From: Burkholderiales bacterium
GTDB lineage: Bacteria > Pseudomonadota > Gammaproteobacteria > Burkholderiales > SG8-39
NCBI GenBank assembly: GCA_035702665.1
Contig: DASSQD010000132.1
Span: forward strand, 1,748-65,747
DNA length: 64,000 nt
Direction of reading: 5' to 3'
Under the pieces are notes generated by a model, which saw only the letters and a list, made by a program, of their open reading frames with translations, had not been told where the DNA came from and searched no databases. Positions 8,868 to 17,215 of the stretch are shown piece by piece. The translations under genes were made by a program, and so were the position numbers. How positions within the stretch are numbered: position 1 is the stretch's first letter; every line of letters starts with the position of its first letter.

Positions 8868-9344
8868 ATGGCGCTCGGGCTGACGATCCTCGTTGGCACC
8901 ATGACGGGCACGGCGCAGCTGGTGGCGCAGGAGGTGGAGCTGACGCTCGACGATGGCGATACGCGGGTGAGCACGAAGCCCATGGATGGCCTCGACGCGA
9001 GCGTGTTCGCCGGTGGCGGTCTGTTCCTGATCTGTTCGTCGACGTACGGGCAGGGCGACGTGCCCGACAATGCGAAACATCTCTACGAGTCGCTGCTGAA
9101 TCTGCGGCCCGACCTCTCGGGCGTGCAATACGGGGTCATCGCGCTCGGCGACCGCACCTATGCGGAGACCTTCTGCAACGGCGGCCGGCGCTTCGACGCG
9201 ATCCTCGCCGAGCTGGGGGCGCGGCGCATCGGGGAGGTCATGCTGCACGACGCCAGCGCCGGGACGATGCCCGAGGAGCTGGCGGTGGCGTGGGCGGCCG
9301 ACTGGATCGCCCTGTGCCGCAAGGAAGCCAGGCTCGAGGCCTGA
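8868..9344 (+). CDS. flavodoxin
   Basis: 158 aa. ILVGTMTGTAQ resembles the flavodoxin FMN phosphate-binding loop, and the length is short-chain flavodoxin-like. Confidence 0.85.
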   Translation: MALGLTILVGTMTGTAQLVAQEVELTLDDGDTRVSTKPMDGLDASVFAGGGLFLICSSTYGQGDVPDNAKHLYESLLNLRPDLSGVQYGVIALGDRTYAETFCNGGRRFDAILAELGARRIGEVMLHDASAGTMPEELAVAWAADWIALCRKEARLEA

Positions 9345-9368
9345 ATCGCGCGGAGGAGGGCTAGCGAA

Positions 9369-10949
9369 GTGGCGTCGTTCATCAGCGCCGATCATTCGGC
9401 GACCCCTCCGACGGTCCACGTTCCGCGCGACTACAACGCCGCGCACGATCTGATCGAGCGCAACCTTCTCGCGGGCCGCGCGGGCAAGATCGCATTCGTC
9501 GACGACGCCGGCCGGTACACCTACGGCGAGCTCGCGGAGCGCGTCAACCGCTTCGGCTCGGGGCTGCGGGCGCTGGGCATTGAGATGGAAGAGCGCGTGC
9601 TGCTCGCGCTCGCGGATACGATCGACTTCCCGACGGCTTTCCTCGGCGCGATCAAGGCGGGAATCGTCCCGGTCGCGGTCAATACGCTGCTTACGCCGAA
9701 GGACTACGCGCACATGCTCGCCGACAGCCGGGCGCGCGCCCTCGTCGTCTCCGAGCACCTCCTGCCGCAGTTCGAGCCGCTCGTCGGGACAATGCCTTTC
9801 CTGCGGCACGTCATCGTCTCGCGCAGTCGCGAGAAGGGAGGAGCCGCGATCGAGGACGTGCTCGCCGCGGGTTCCGCCGCGCTCGATCCGGCGCCGACCA
9901 CCTCGGACGATGCGTGCTGCTGGTACTACTCCTCGGGCTCGACCGGCGTGCCCAAGGGCGCAGTCCATGTTCACTCGAGCATGGCGATCACGGCCGAGCT
10001 CTACGGCAAGGCGGTGCTGGGAGTCAGGGAGTCGGACGTGCTCTTCTCAGCGGCGAAGCTGTGCTTCGTCTACGGCTTGGGCAACGCGCTCACCTTCACC
10101 CTCGCGGCCGGCGCCACCGGCGTGCTCATGGCCGAGCGCGCGACGCCTCCCGCGGTGTTCAGACGGCTGGTCGAGAGCAGGCCGACCGTATTCTTCGGCG
10201 TGCCCACCCTGTTCGCGTCGATGCTCGCCAGCCCGGAGTTCCCGGGAAAGAGCGAGCTCGCACTGCGCGCCTGCGTCTCCGCGGGCGAGGCGCTCCCCGC
10301 CGAGCTCGGCAAGCGCTGGAGGGAGAAGACCGGTGTCGACATCCTCGAAGGAATCGGCTCGACCGAGATGATGCACATGTACATCAGCGCCCGCCACGGC
10401 GGCGTCCGCTACGGGGCGACGGGCACGGCGGTACCCGGCTACGAGCTGCGGCTCGTGGACGAGGAGGGCAGGCCGGTCGAGCAGGGCGACCTGGGCGAGC
10501 TGCAGGTGCGCGGCCCGACGAGCGCCGCCTACTACTGGAACAACCGGGAAAAAAGCCGCTCGACCTTCCTCGGCCCCTGGTTCCGGAGCGGCGACAAGTT
10601 CAGGCAGGACGAACACGGCTACTTCGTCTACGCCGGCCGCTCCGACGACATGATGAAGGTCTCGGGCCTGTTCGTATCGCCGGCCGAGGTCGAGGCGGCG
10701 CTCGTCAGCCACGACGCGGTCCTCGAGGCCGCGGTGGTCGCCCGCGAGGACGACAACAAGCTGATCAAGCCCAAGGCGTTCGTCGTGCTCAAGGACGGCA
10801 CGTCGCCGTGCGACGAGCTCAAGCTCGCGTTGCAGCAGCACATCAAGGACCGGCTAGCACCCTACAAGTACCCCCGCTGGATCGAGTTCATCCCGGAGCT
10901 GCCCAAGACCCCCACCGGGAAGATCCAGCGCTTCAAGCTCCGTTCCTGA
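9369..10949 (+). CDS. bclA: benzoate-CoA ligase (AMP-forming)
   Basis: 526 aa, GTG start. AMP-binding motif YSSGSTGVPKG and C-terminal PKTPTGKIQRFKLR. The N-terminus (PRDYNAAHDLIERNL...) is typical of benzoate-CoA ligases, and it sits in the box cluster. Confidence 0.9.
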   Translation: MASFISADHSATPPTVHVPRDYNAAHDLIERNLLAGRAGKIAFVDDAGRYTYGELAERVNRFGSGLRALGIEMEERVLLALADTIDFPTAFLGAIKAGIVPVAVNTLLTPKDYAHMLADSRARALVVSEHLLPQFEPLVGTMPFLRHVIVSRSREKGGAAIEDVLAAGSAALDPAPTTSDDACCWYYSSGSTGVPKGAVHVHSSMAITAELYGKAVLGVRESDVLFSAAKLCFVYGLGNALTFTLAAGATGVLMAERATPPAVFRRLVESRPTVFFGVPTLFASMLASPEFPGKSELALRACVSAGEALPAELGKRWREKTGVDILEGIGSTEMMHMYISARHGGVRYGATGTAVPGYELRLVDEEGRPVEQGDLGELQVRGPTSAAYYWNNREKSRSTFLGPWFRSGDKFRQDEHGYFVYAGRSDDMMKVSGLFVSPAEVEAALVSHDAVLEAAVVAREDDNKLIKPKAFVVLKDGTSPCDELKLALQQHIKDRLAPYKYPRWIEFIPELPKTPTGKIQRFKLRS

Positions 10950-10988
10950 GCATTCCGGGCTTGCCTCGGCCGACCCGAGCGCCTAGAA

Positions 10989-11030
10989 TTCGAACGATGG
11001 TTCAAGTTTTGAATAGAAGTTCGAACGATG
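10989..11030. promoter_or_regulatory. array of TTCGAA-type palindromes / 11-bp direct repeat, possible TetR operator
   Basis: TTCGAACGATG at 10989-10999 and 11020-11030, flanking the inverted repeat TTCAA-gtt-TTGAA. Overlaps the first in-frame ATG of tetR. Confidence 0.35.
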
Positions 11031-11638
11031 CGGCGCTCTCCGAGCGCGTGCAGCGCAAGAACGACGCGCGCCGCCTCGAGATCCTGCGCGCCGCAGCTCG
11101 CGTCTTCCGCCGCCTCGGCGTCTCCGCCACCGGCATGCGCGAGATCGCGGAGGAAGCCGATCTCTCCCCCGGCAACCTGTATTACTACTTCGACGGCAAG
11201 GACGAGATCCTGCGCTTCTGCCAGGAGCGCACGCTCGAGCGCCTGATCGGCGCGGTCAAGTCGGCGCGCGCGGCCCCGGGCTCCTGGGCCGGGCGGCTGC
11301 GCTCGGTCCTGAGCGCGCACGTGCATTGCATGCTCGACGAGCTGGAGGGCGCGACCGCGCACCTCGAGATCGAAGCGTTGCCCGAGCGCATGCGCGCCGC
11401 GATCGTCCAGAAGCGCGACGCGTACGAGCGCGCGGTTCGCGCGCTGGTCGCGGAAGGCGTCAAAGCGCAGGAATTCGCACCCGCCGACCCGGCGCTGGTG
11501 ACGCGCGCGATGCTGGGCGCGGTGAACTGGACGGCGCGCTGGTACCGGCACGATGGTGCGCAGTCGGCCGGCGAGATCGCCGCTTCGCTTTCGGATTATC
11601 TGGTGCGCGGGCTGTTGCCCGCGAGGAAGGGTAAATGA
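10997..11638 (+). CDS. TetR-family transcriptional regulator
   Basis: 213 aa (tail of track ORF 9914..11638). HTH ILRAAARVFRRLGVSATGMREIAEEADLSPGNLYYYF. The start could instead be GTG 11048. The stop overlaps the hcrC ATG (ATGA). Confidence 0.85.
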   Translation: MVQVLNRSSNDAALSERVQRKNDARRLEILRAAARVFRRLGVSATGMREIAEEADLSPGNLYYYFDGKDEILRFCQERTLERLIGAVKSARAAPGSWAGRLRSVLSAHVHCMLDELEGATAHLEIEALPERMRAAIVQKRDAYERAVRALVAEGVKAQEFAPADPALVTRAMLGAVNWTARWYRHDGAQSAGEIAASLSDYLVRGLLPARKGK

Positions 11639-12132
11639 GTACGCTCGCGCCCCGGAACGTTCAGCGGATGCTGCGCGTGAACGGCGAATCCCAGGAAGTC
11701 TCGTTCGCGCCGTACAAGACCCTGCTCGAAGTTCTGCGCGAGGACATGAACCTCACGGGCACCAAGCACGGCTGCGAGCTCGGCGAGTGCGGCGCCTGCG
11801 CGGTGCTGATCGACGGCATGCCCGTGCTCGCGTGCCTCGCACTGGCGCTCGACTGCGAGGGCCGCGCGATCGAGACGGTCGAAGGGCTCGCCGACGGCTC
11901 CAAGCTGCACCCGCTTCAAGCCGCTTTCGCCGACCTCGGCGGGGCGCAGTGCGGCTATTGCACGCCGGGCATCCTGATGACGGCGAAGGCGCTGCTCGAA
12001 AAGGACCCCAACCCGAGCCGCGAGAAGGTCAAGGAGGCGATCTCGGGAAACCTGTGCCGGTGCACGGGCTACCAGCAGATCTACGAATCGATCGAAGAGG
12101 GCGCGCGGAGAATGCGCGAGGAGAAGCGATGA
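11635..12132 (+). CDS. hcrC: 4-hydroxybenzoyl-CoA reductase gamma subunit (two [2Fe-2S])
   Basis: 165 aa. Plant-type cluster motif CELGECGACAV...C plus a second motif CGYCTPG...CRCTGY. Small subunit of an XDH-family enzyme. Confidence 0.8.
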   Translation: MSTLAPRNVQRMLRVNGESQEVSFAPYKTLLEVLREDMNLTGTKHGCELGECGACAVLIDGMPVLACLALALDCEGRAIETVEGLADGSKLHPLQAAFADLGGAQCGYCTPGILMTAKALLEKDPNPSREKVKEAISGNLCRCTGYQQIYESIEEGARRMREEKR

Positions 12133-14585
12133 GCGCCAAGAAACGCTTCGAGGTGCTGGGCCGGCCGCGGCGGCGCGTCGACGGCCGCGCCAAGGTCACC
12201 GGCCTCACGCGCTTTGCCGACGACGTGGTGCTGCCGCGGATGGTCCACTGCAAGCTGCTGCGCTCGCCGCTGCCGCACGCGGTCATCGAATCCGTCGATG
12301 TGGCCAAGGCGCAGTCGCATCCCGGCGTGCACCTGGTGCTTACCGGGAAGGATTTTCCCGTGACTTTCGGCATCCTGCCGGTCACGCAGGACGAATATCC
12401 GCTCGCGCCGGAGCGCGTGCGCTACGTCGGCGATCCGGTCGCCGCGGTCATCGCCCGGGACGAGCAGACCGCGTTCGAGGCGCTCGATCTGATCGAGGTG
12501 AAATACCGGCCGCTGAAGACGATCTCCGATCCCGAGGAAGCGCTCGCGACCGCGGAGCCGCGCATCCAGAGCTACGGCGAGCAGGGCAACATCCATCGCC
12601 TCCAGGCCTACGAGTTCGGCGACGTCGAGGAGGCGCTTGCCCGTGCCGACCACGTTTTCGAGGACGTGTTCTTCTACCAGGGCAACACTCACCTGCCGAT
12701 CGAGCAGCATGCCTCGGTCGCCGCGGTGGACGGCGAAGGCAAGCTCACGCTCTGGTCCTCGACGCAGGTGCCGCACTACATCCACCGCGCGCTCGCCAAT
12801 GCACTGCAGATGCCGCCTGCCCACGTTCGCGTGATCGCCTGCCCGAACGGGGGCGGCTTCGGCGGCAAGTGCGACCTGCACAACCACGAGATCGTGGTGT
12901 CGAAGGCCGCGATCCTGCTCGGCCGGCCCGTGAAGATCTGCCTCACGCGCGAGGAGGTGTTCTACATGCACCGCGGCCGCCATCCGGTAACGATGCGCAT
13001 GCGCACCGGCGTGACCAGGGACGGGAAGATCACGGGCATGCACACCCAGACGCTGCTCGACGGCGGGGCGTACGGGAGCTACGGCGCCGCGAGCACCTTC
13101 TACACCGGCGTGCTCCAGACCGTGACCTACGAGATCCCGCGATACAAGTTCGACGCGGCGAGGGTGTTTACGAACAAGCCGCCCTGCGGCCCGAAGCGCG
13201 GCCACGGCACGCCGCAGCCCCGCTTCGGCCAGGAGATCCAGCTCGACAAGATCGCGGACGCGCTCGGGCTCGATCCTGCCGAATTCCGCCTGGGCATCGT
13301 CGCTAAGCCGGACACGCTGACCGCCAACTGGCTGAAGATCGGTTCGATCGGCCTCGCCGAGTGCATCCGCAAGGTCGTGGCGGCCTCCGACTGGAAGAAC
13401 CGGTATCGCAAGCTTCCCGACGGCCGCGGCGTCGGGATCGCTTGCGGCGCCTATCTGTGCGGCGCCGGGCTTCCCATCTACTGGAACAAGATGCCGCAGT
13501 CGGGGGTGCAGCTCCTGCTCGACCGCAGCGGCCAGGTCACCGTGTTCTGCGGCGCGACCGAGATCGGTCAGGGCTCGGACGACGTGCTCGCCGCGATCGT
13601 CGCCGAGGTGCTCGGGATCGACCCTTTCGACGTGCGCGTCGTGACCGGCGACACCGGCATCACGCCGGTCGACCTCGGCTCGTATTCGAGCCGCGTCACC
13701 GTGATGATGGGCAACGCCGCCATTCAGGCCGCCGAGCGCCTGCGCGATCTGATCGCGCGCGCGGCCGCCGATCACATGGAGACGCTGCCCGAGAACGTCG
13801 GCTTTGCGCACGCGCGCGTGTTCCGCGCCGACGATCCGGGCAAGCTGATGAGCTTCCGCGAGGCGATCATCCTCGCCGAGGAGAAGTTCGGCACGCTGGG
13901 CTCGGTCGGCTCGTACACACCGCCGCGCGCTCCCGGGCGCTACAAAGGCGCGGGCGTCGGGCCCTCGCCCGCGTATTCCTATACCGCGTGCGTCGTCGAG
14001 GCGGAGGTGGACAAGGCGACCGGCTGGATCAGCGTTCCCAAGGTGTGGATCGCGCACGACATCGGGCGTGCGATCAACCCGGTGCTCGCGCGCGGGCAGG
14101 TCGAGGGCAGCGTCTACATGGCGCTCGGCGAGGCGCTCATGGAAGAGCAGGTGTTCCGGCGCCTGCCGCCGAAGCTCTCGAACGCGCTCGTCCACAAGAT
14201 ACCGTCGCTCCTGGAATACAAGAGCCTGACGTCCCTGGACATGCCGGAGGTCTTTACCGAGCTGGTCGAGGATCCCGATCCGAATTGCCCGTTCGGCGCC
14301 AAGGAAGTGGGGCAGGGACCGCTCCTTCCCGTCATGCCCGCCGTGGCGAACGCCGTATACGACGCGGTGGGCGTGCGGATCGACGAGCTCCCGATCACGC
14401 CGGACAAGGTGCTCGCGGCGCTGGAGAAGAAGGCTAAGGGCGAGAATCCGCGCGTCGGGCCGGAGCGTTTCCCCGAGGTTCCCTACCCCGAGCCGATGCA
14501 GGTGCTTCCTCCCTGGGAAGGCGGGGACGGCAACGCGCTCAACGCGCCGCGCAAGTCGGCACCGAAGGAGAAGATCGCGTCATGA
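12129..14585 (+). CDS. hcrA: 4-hydroxybenzoyl-CoA reductase alpha subunit (molybdopterin)
   Basis: 818 aa from MSAKKRFEVLG (ATG 12129, ATGA-coupled to hcrC). XDH-family large-subunit motifs (NGGGFGGK, TEIGQGS, FGAKEVGQG). About 50 extra aa at the C-terminus. Confidence 0.8.
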   Translation: MSAKKRFEVLGRPRRRVDGRAKVTGLTRFADDVVLPRMVHCKLLRSPLPHAVIESVDVAKAQSHPGVHLVLTGKDFPVTFGILPVTQDEYPLAPERVRYVGDPVAAVIARDEQTAFEALDLIEVKYRPLKTISDPEEALATAEPRIQSYGEQGNIHRLQAYEFGDVEEALARADHVFEDVFFYQGNTHLPIEQHASVAAVDGEGKLTLWSSTQVPHYIHRALANALQMPPAHVRVIACPNGGGFGGKCDLHNHEIVVSKAAILLGRPVKICLTREEVFYMHRGRHPVTMRMRTGVTRDGKITGMHTQTLLDGGAYGSYGAASTFYTGVLQTVTYEIPRYKFDAARVFTNKPPCGPKRGHGTPQPRFGQEIQLDKIADALGLDPAEFRLGIVAKPDTLTANWLKIGSIGLAECIRKVVAASDWKNRYRKLPDGRGVGIACGAYLCGAGLPIYWNKMPQSGVQLLLDRSGQVTVFCGATEIGQGSDDVLAAIVAEVLGIDPFDVRVVTGDTGITPVDLGSYSSRVTVMMGNAAIQAAERLRDLIARAAADHMETLPENVGFAHARVFRADDPGKLMSFREAIILAEEKFGTLGSVGSYTPPRAPGRYKGAGVGPSPAYSYTACVVEAEVDKATGWISVPKVWIAHDIGRAINPVLARGQVEGSVYMALGEALMEEQVFRRLPPKLSNALVHKIPSLLEYKSLTSLDMPEVFTELVEDPDPNCPFGAKEVGQGPLLPVMPAVANAVYDAVGVRIDELPITPDKVLAALEKKAKGENPRVGPERFPEVPYPEPMQVLPPWEGGDGNALNAPRKSAPKEKIAS

Positions 14586-15601
14586 TGCGCCTGCCCTGGT
14601 TCGGCTTCCGGTCGCCTTCGAGCGTCGGCGAAGCGGCGAGAATCCTCGCGGCGGAGGGACCGGAGGCGATGCTCATCGCGGGCGGCACCGACCTTCTCCC
14701 CAACATGAAGCGCCGCCACCAGACGCCGAGCACGCTCGTTTCGCTCGGCCGGATCGACGCCCTGAAGAAGGCGGCCAACGGCCCGGGCGCAAGGCTCGGC
14801 GCGGGACTGACGTTGAACGAGGTCGTCGCGAGCGCGATGGTCCGGGAGAAGTACACGGGGCTGTGGCAGGCGGCGGCGCAGGTCGCGACCGTCCATCTTC
14901 GCAACATGGGCACCCTCGGCGGCAACCTGTGCCTGGACACGCGCTGCAACTACTACAACCAGAACTACGAGTGGCGCAAGGCGATCGATTTCTGCCTGAA
15001 GAAGGATGGCGAGACCTGCTGGGTCGCCACCGCGAGCAAGCGCTGTGTCGCCACGTCATCGACCGACTGCGCGCCCGCCCTGATATCGCTGGGCGCCAGC
15101 GTGCGCCTGGTCTCGACCCAGGGCGAGCGCGACGTCGCGCTCGCCGATCTCTATCGGAACGACGGCATCGACTACCTCGCGCGCCGGCCCGACGAGATCC
15201 TCACAGAGGTGAAGCTGCCGCAAGCCGAGGGCTGGAGGAGCAGCTATTGGAAACTGCGCCGCCGCGGGGCCTTCGATTTTCCCGTGCTGGGCGTCGCCGC
15301 GGCGGTGAAGACGGCGCGCGACGGGACGGTGGAGGAGGCGCGCATCGCGCTCGGCGCGGTATCCTCGCGGCCCCTGCTCACCAAAGGCGGAGAGCTCCTC
15401 GTCGGCAGGAAGCTGAACGACGATGCAATCGCCGAAGCCGGGGCCAAGGTCGCCTCGGCCGCGAAGCCCATGGACAACACCGACCTGGATCTCTACTGGA
15501 GAAAGAGCGTGGTCTCCGAGTTCGTCGGCTACGCGCTGCGCGAGATCCGCGGCGACGACATCAGCGCGACGCGCCTGCGGATCGCCCGGCAGGCGCTCTA
15601 G
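14582..15601 (+). CDS. hcrB: 4-hydroxybenzoyl-CoA reductase beta subunit (FAD + extra [4Fe-4S] loop)
   Basis: 339 aa, ATGA-coupled to hcrA. FAD-binding fold (LIAGGTDLLPNMK) with a Cys-rich insertion: C117, C122, C138, C146, C155, C163. Small-large-medium gene order as in hcrCAB/hbaBCD. Confidence 0.85.
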   Translation: MMRLPWFGFRSPSSVGEAARILAAEGPEAMLIAGGTDLLPNMKRRHQTPSTLVSLGRIDALKKAANGPGARLGAGLTLNEVVASAMVREKYTGLWQAAAQVATVHLRNMGTLGGNLCLDTRCNYYNQNYEWRKAIDFCLKKDGETCWVATASKRCVATSSTDCAPALISLGASVRLVSTQGERDVALADLYRNDGIDYLARRPDEILTEVKLPQAEGWRSSYWKLRRRGAFDFPVLGVAAAVKTARDGTVEEARIALGAVSSRPLLTKGGELLVGRKLNDDAIAEAGAKVASAAKPMDNTDLDLYWRKSVVSEFVGYALREIRGDDISATRLRIARQAL

Positions 15602-17142
15602 GGCTGCGGCGGCGCGATCAGCTTCTGGATCACCGGACGCGAGCCCTCGAGCGCGACGCGCTGCATGTAAAAGGCCAGTCCGCGCGCTTCGCCCAGTTCC
15701 TCGCCTCCGCCGGCGCGCCCCGGACCGCCGTGTACGAGCTGCGGGAGGACGGTTCCCGGTCCCGGCGACATCTCGATCTTCGGATGGCCGAGAAATATTC
15801 TTCCATGATAAGGTGCGATGCCTTGGACGACCTCTTCGAGGAAGTCCGCGTCCTCGGAGTACACCGAGGACACCAGCCCGCCGTTGCCGCGGGTGACGAT
15901 TGCCGCGGCATCCGCGCCCCTGCCCGAATAGGGGAGCAGCGACGCGACCGGCCCGAACACCTCCCGGGCGTGCACCGAGGCGGCGAGCGCGTCCTTCGCG
16001 AATTCCACGAGGACCGGCGAGATGAAGAAGCCTTTGCCGGCGAGCGCGGCGGCGCTGCCGAAGGCCGCCTTGCCTTCCGCCGAGAGCTGTTCGACGCCTT
16101 CGCGCACGTCGGTGAGCTGAGCGCGGCTGGCCACCGGTCCCATGCGCGTCTCCTCCAGCGCCGGATTGCCGACGCGCACCGCTTTGAGCCCTTCGACGAG
16201 ATCGCCGCGCAGCGTCGCCGCGTGCGCGTCGGCGACGAGCACGCGGCGGATCGCGGTGCATTTCTGCCCCGCTTTCTGCGTCATGTCGCGCAACACGTCC
16301 TTGAGGAAGGTTTCGTACATGTCGCTGCCCGGCTCCGCGTCCGGGCCGAGCACCGCGGCGTTCAGGCTGTCCGCCTCGACGTTCACGCGCACCGATTCGC
16401 GGGCGACGTTGGGCAGCGCGCGGATGCGGACGCCCGTGTCGCCGGACCCCGTGAATGCGAGCACGTCCTGGCTGCCGAGGAGCGCCGGCAGCTCGCGCGG
16501 CGCGCCGACCAGGAGCGAGAGCGCCCCCTCGGGCAGGATCTTCTTCTCGACGAGGATTTCCATCAACCGGTGCGCCACCAGCGCCGAGCTCGTCGCCGGC
16601 TTGGAGAGCACGGGCATGCCGGCGAGCAGCGCGCACGCCGCCTTCTCCGCCAGACCCCAGGCGGGAAAGTTGAAGGCGTTGATGTGCACTGCGACGCCGT
16701 GACGCGGCACGCACACGTGCTGCCCGTGGAACCGCGGCGAGCGCCCGAGCTGCACGCCTTCGCCGTCCACGAGGATCTTCGCTGCGCCGAGCTTCTCGCC
16801 CACCTCGGAATACGACTGGAGGGTGAAGATCGCGCCGTCGACATCGAACTTCGCGTCCGAGCGCGTGTTGCCGCCGTTGGCGACCGAGAGATCGAGCAAT
16901 TCGTCGCGGTGAGCCTGGATCGCCTTCGCGGTTTCCTTCAGCAGCGCGCCGCGCTCGGCGAAGGACAGCGTGCGCAGCGCCGGGCCGCCTTTTCTCCGTG
17001 CAAAGTCGAGCGCGCCGGCGAGATCCAGGCCGTCGCTCGAGGCTTGCGCAAGCGCCTCCTCGGTTGCGGGATTGACGAGGATCTGCGGCGCGCCCGATCC
17101 TTCGATCCAGCGGCCGCCCAGGTAGCTTCGCAGCGTCTTCAT
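15598..17142 (-). CDS. boxD: 3,4-dehydroadipyl-CoA semialdehyde dehydrogenase (aldehyde dehydrogenase family)
   Basis: 514 aa with a PaaZ-N/BoxD-like N-terminus (MKTLRSYLGGRWIEGSG). ALDH catalytic region (QKCTAIRR). Box context and a BoxR-type box upstream. Confidence 0.85.
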   Translation of the reverse strand: MKTLRSYLGGRWIEGSGAPQILVNPATEEALAQASSDGLDLAGALDFARRKGGPALRTLSFAERGALLKETAKAIQAHRDELLDLSVANGGNTRSDAKFDVDGAIFTLQSYSEVGEKLGAAKILVDGEGVQLGRSPRFHGQHVCVPRHGVAVHINAFNFPAWGLAEKAACALLAGMPVLSKPATSSALVAHRLMEILVEKKILPEGALSLLVGAPRELPALLGSQDVLAFTGSGDTGVRIRALPNVARESVRVNVEADSLNAAVLGPDAEPGSDMYETFLKDVLRDMTQKAGQKCTAIRRVLVADAHAATLRGDLVEGLKAVRVGNPALEETRMGPVASRAQLTDVREGVEQLSAEGKAAFGSAAALAGKGFFISPVLVEFAKDALAASVHAREVFGPVASLLPYSGRGADAAAIVTRGNGGLVSSVYSEDADFLEEVVQGIAPYHGRIFLGHPKIEMSPGPGTVLPQLVHGGPGRAGGGEELGEARGLAFYMQRVALEGSRPVIQKLIAPPQP

Positions 17143-17201
17143 TCGCGTTCCGGCTCTTTTGGGGTGTCGCTAGGATAGCCGAAGCGGCCGCGAGATGGAC
17201 A

Positions 17202-17215
17202 TGCACTAAAATGCA
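17202..17215. promoter_or_regulatory. TGCA-N6-TGCA box (TGCACTAAAATGCA) upstream of boxD
   Basis: Perfect TGCA-CTAAAA-TGCA 60 nt upstream of the boxD start, overlapping the first ATG of the divergent ggt-family ORF. Same pattern as the 8790-8833 boxes. Confidence 0.5.

Noticed and set aside
12081-14195. 704-aa minus-strand ORF antisense to hcrA
   Set aside because: This is a typical high-GC antisense artefact (Arg/Asp/His/Gly-rich, no motifs). The plus-strand hcrA has unambiguous XDH-family motifs.
15598-15601. Convergent gene pairs sharing the palindrome CTAG as both stop codons (hcrB/boxD here, and PNPOx/DinB at 51110-51113)
   Set aside because: A curiosity explained by TAG being its own partial reverse complement. 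There is no evidence of function.
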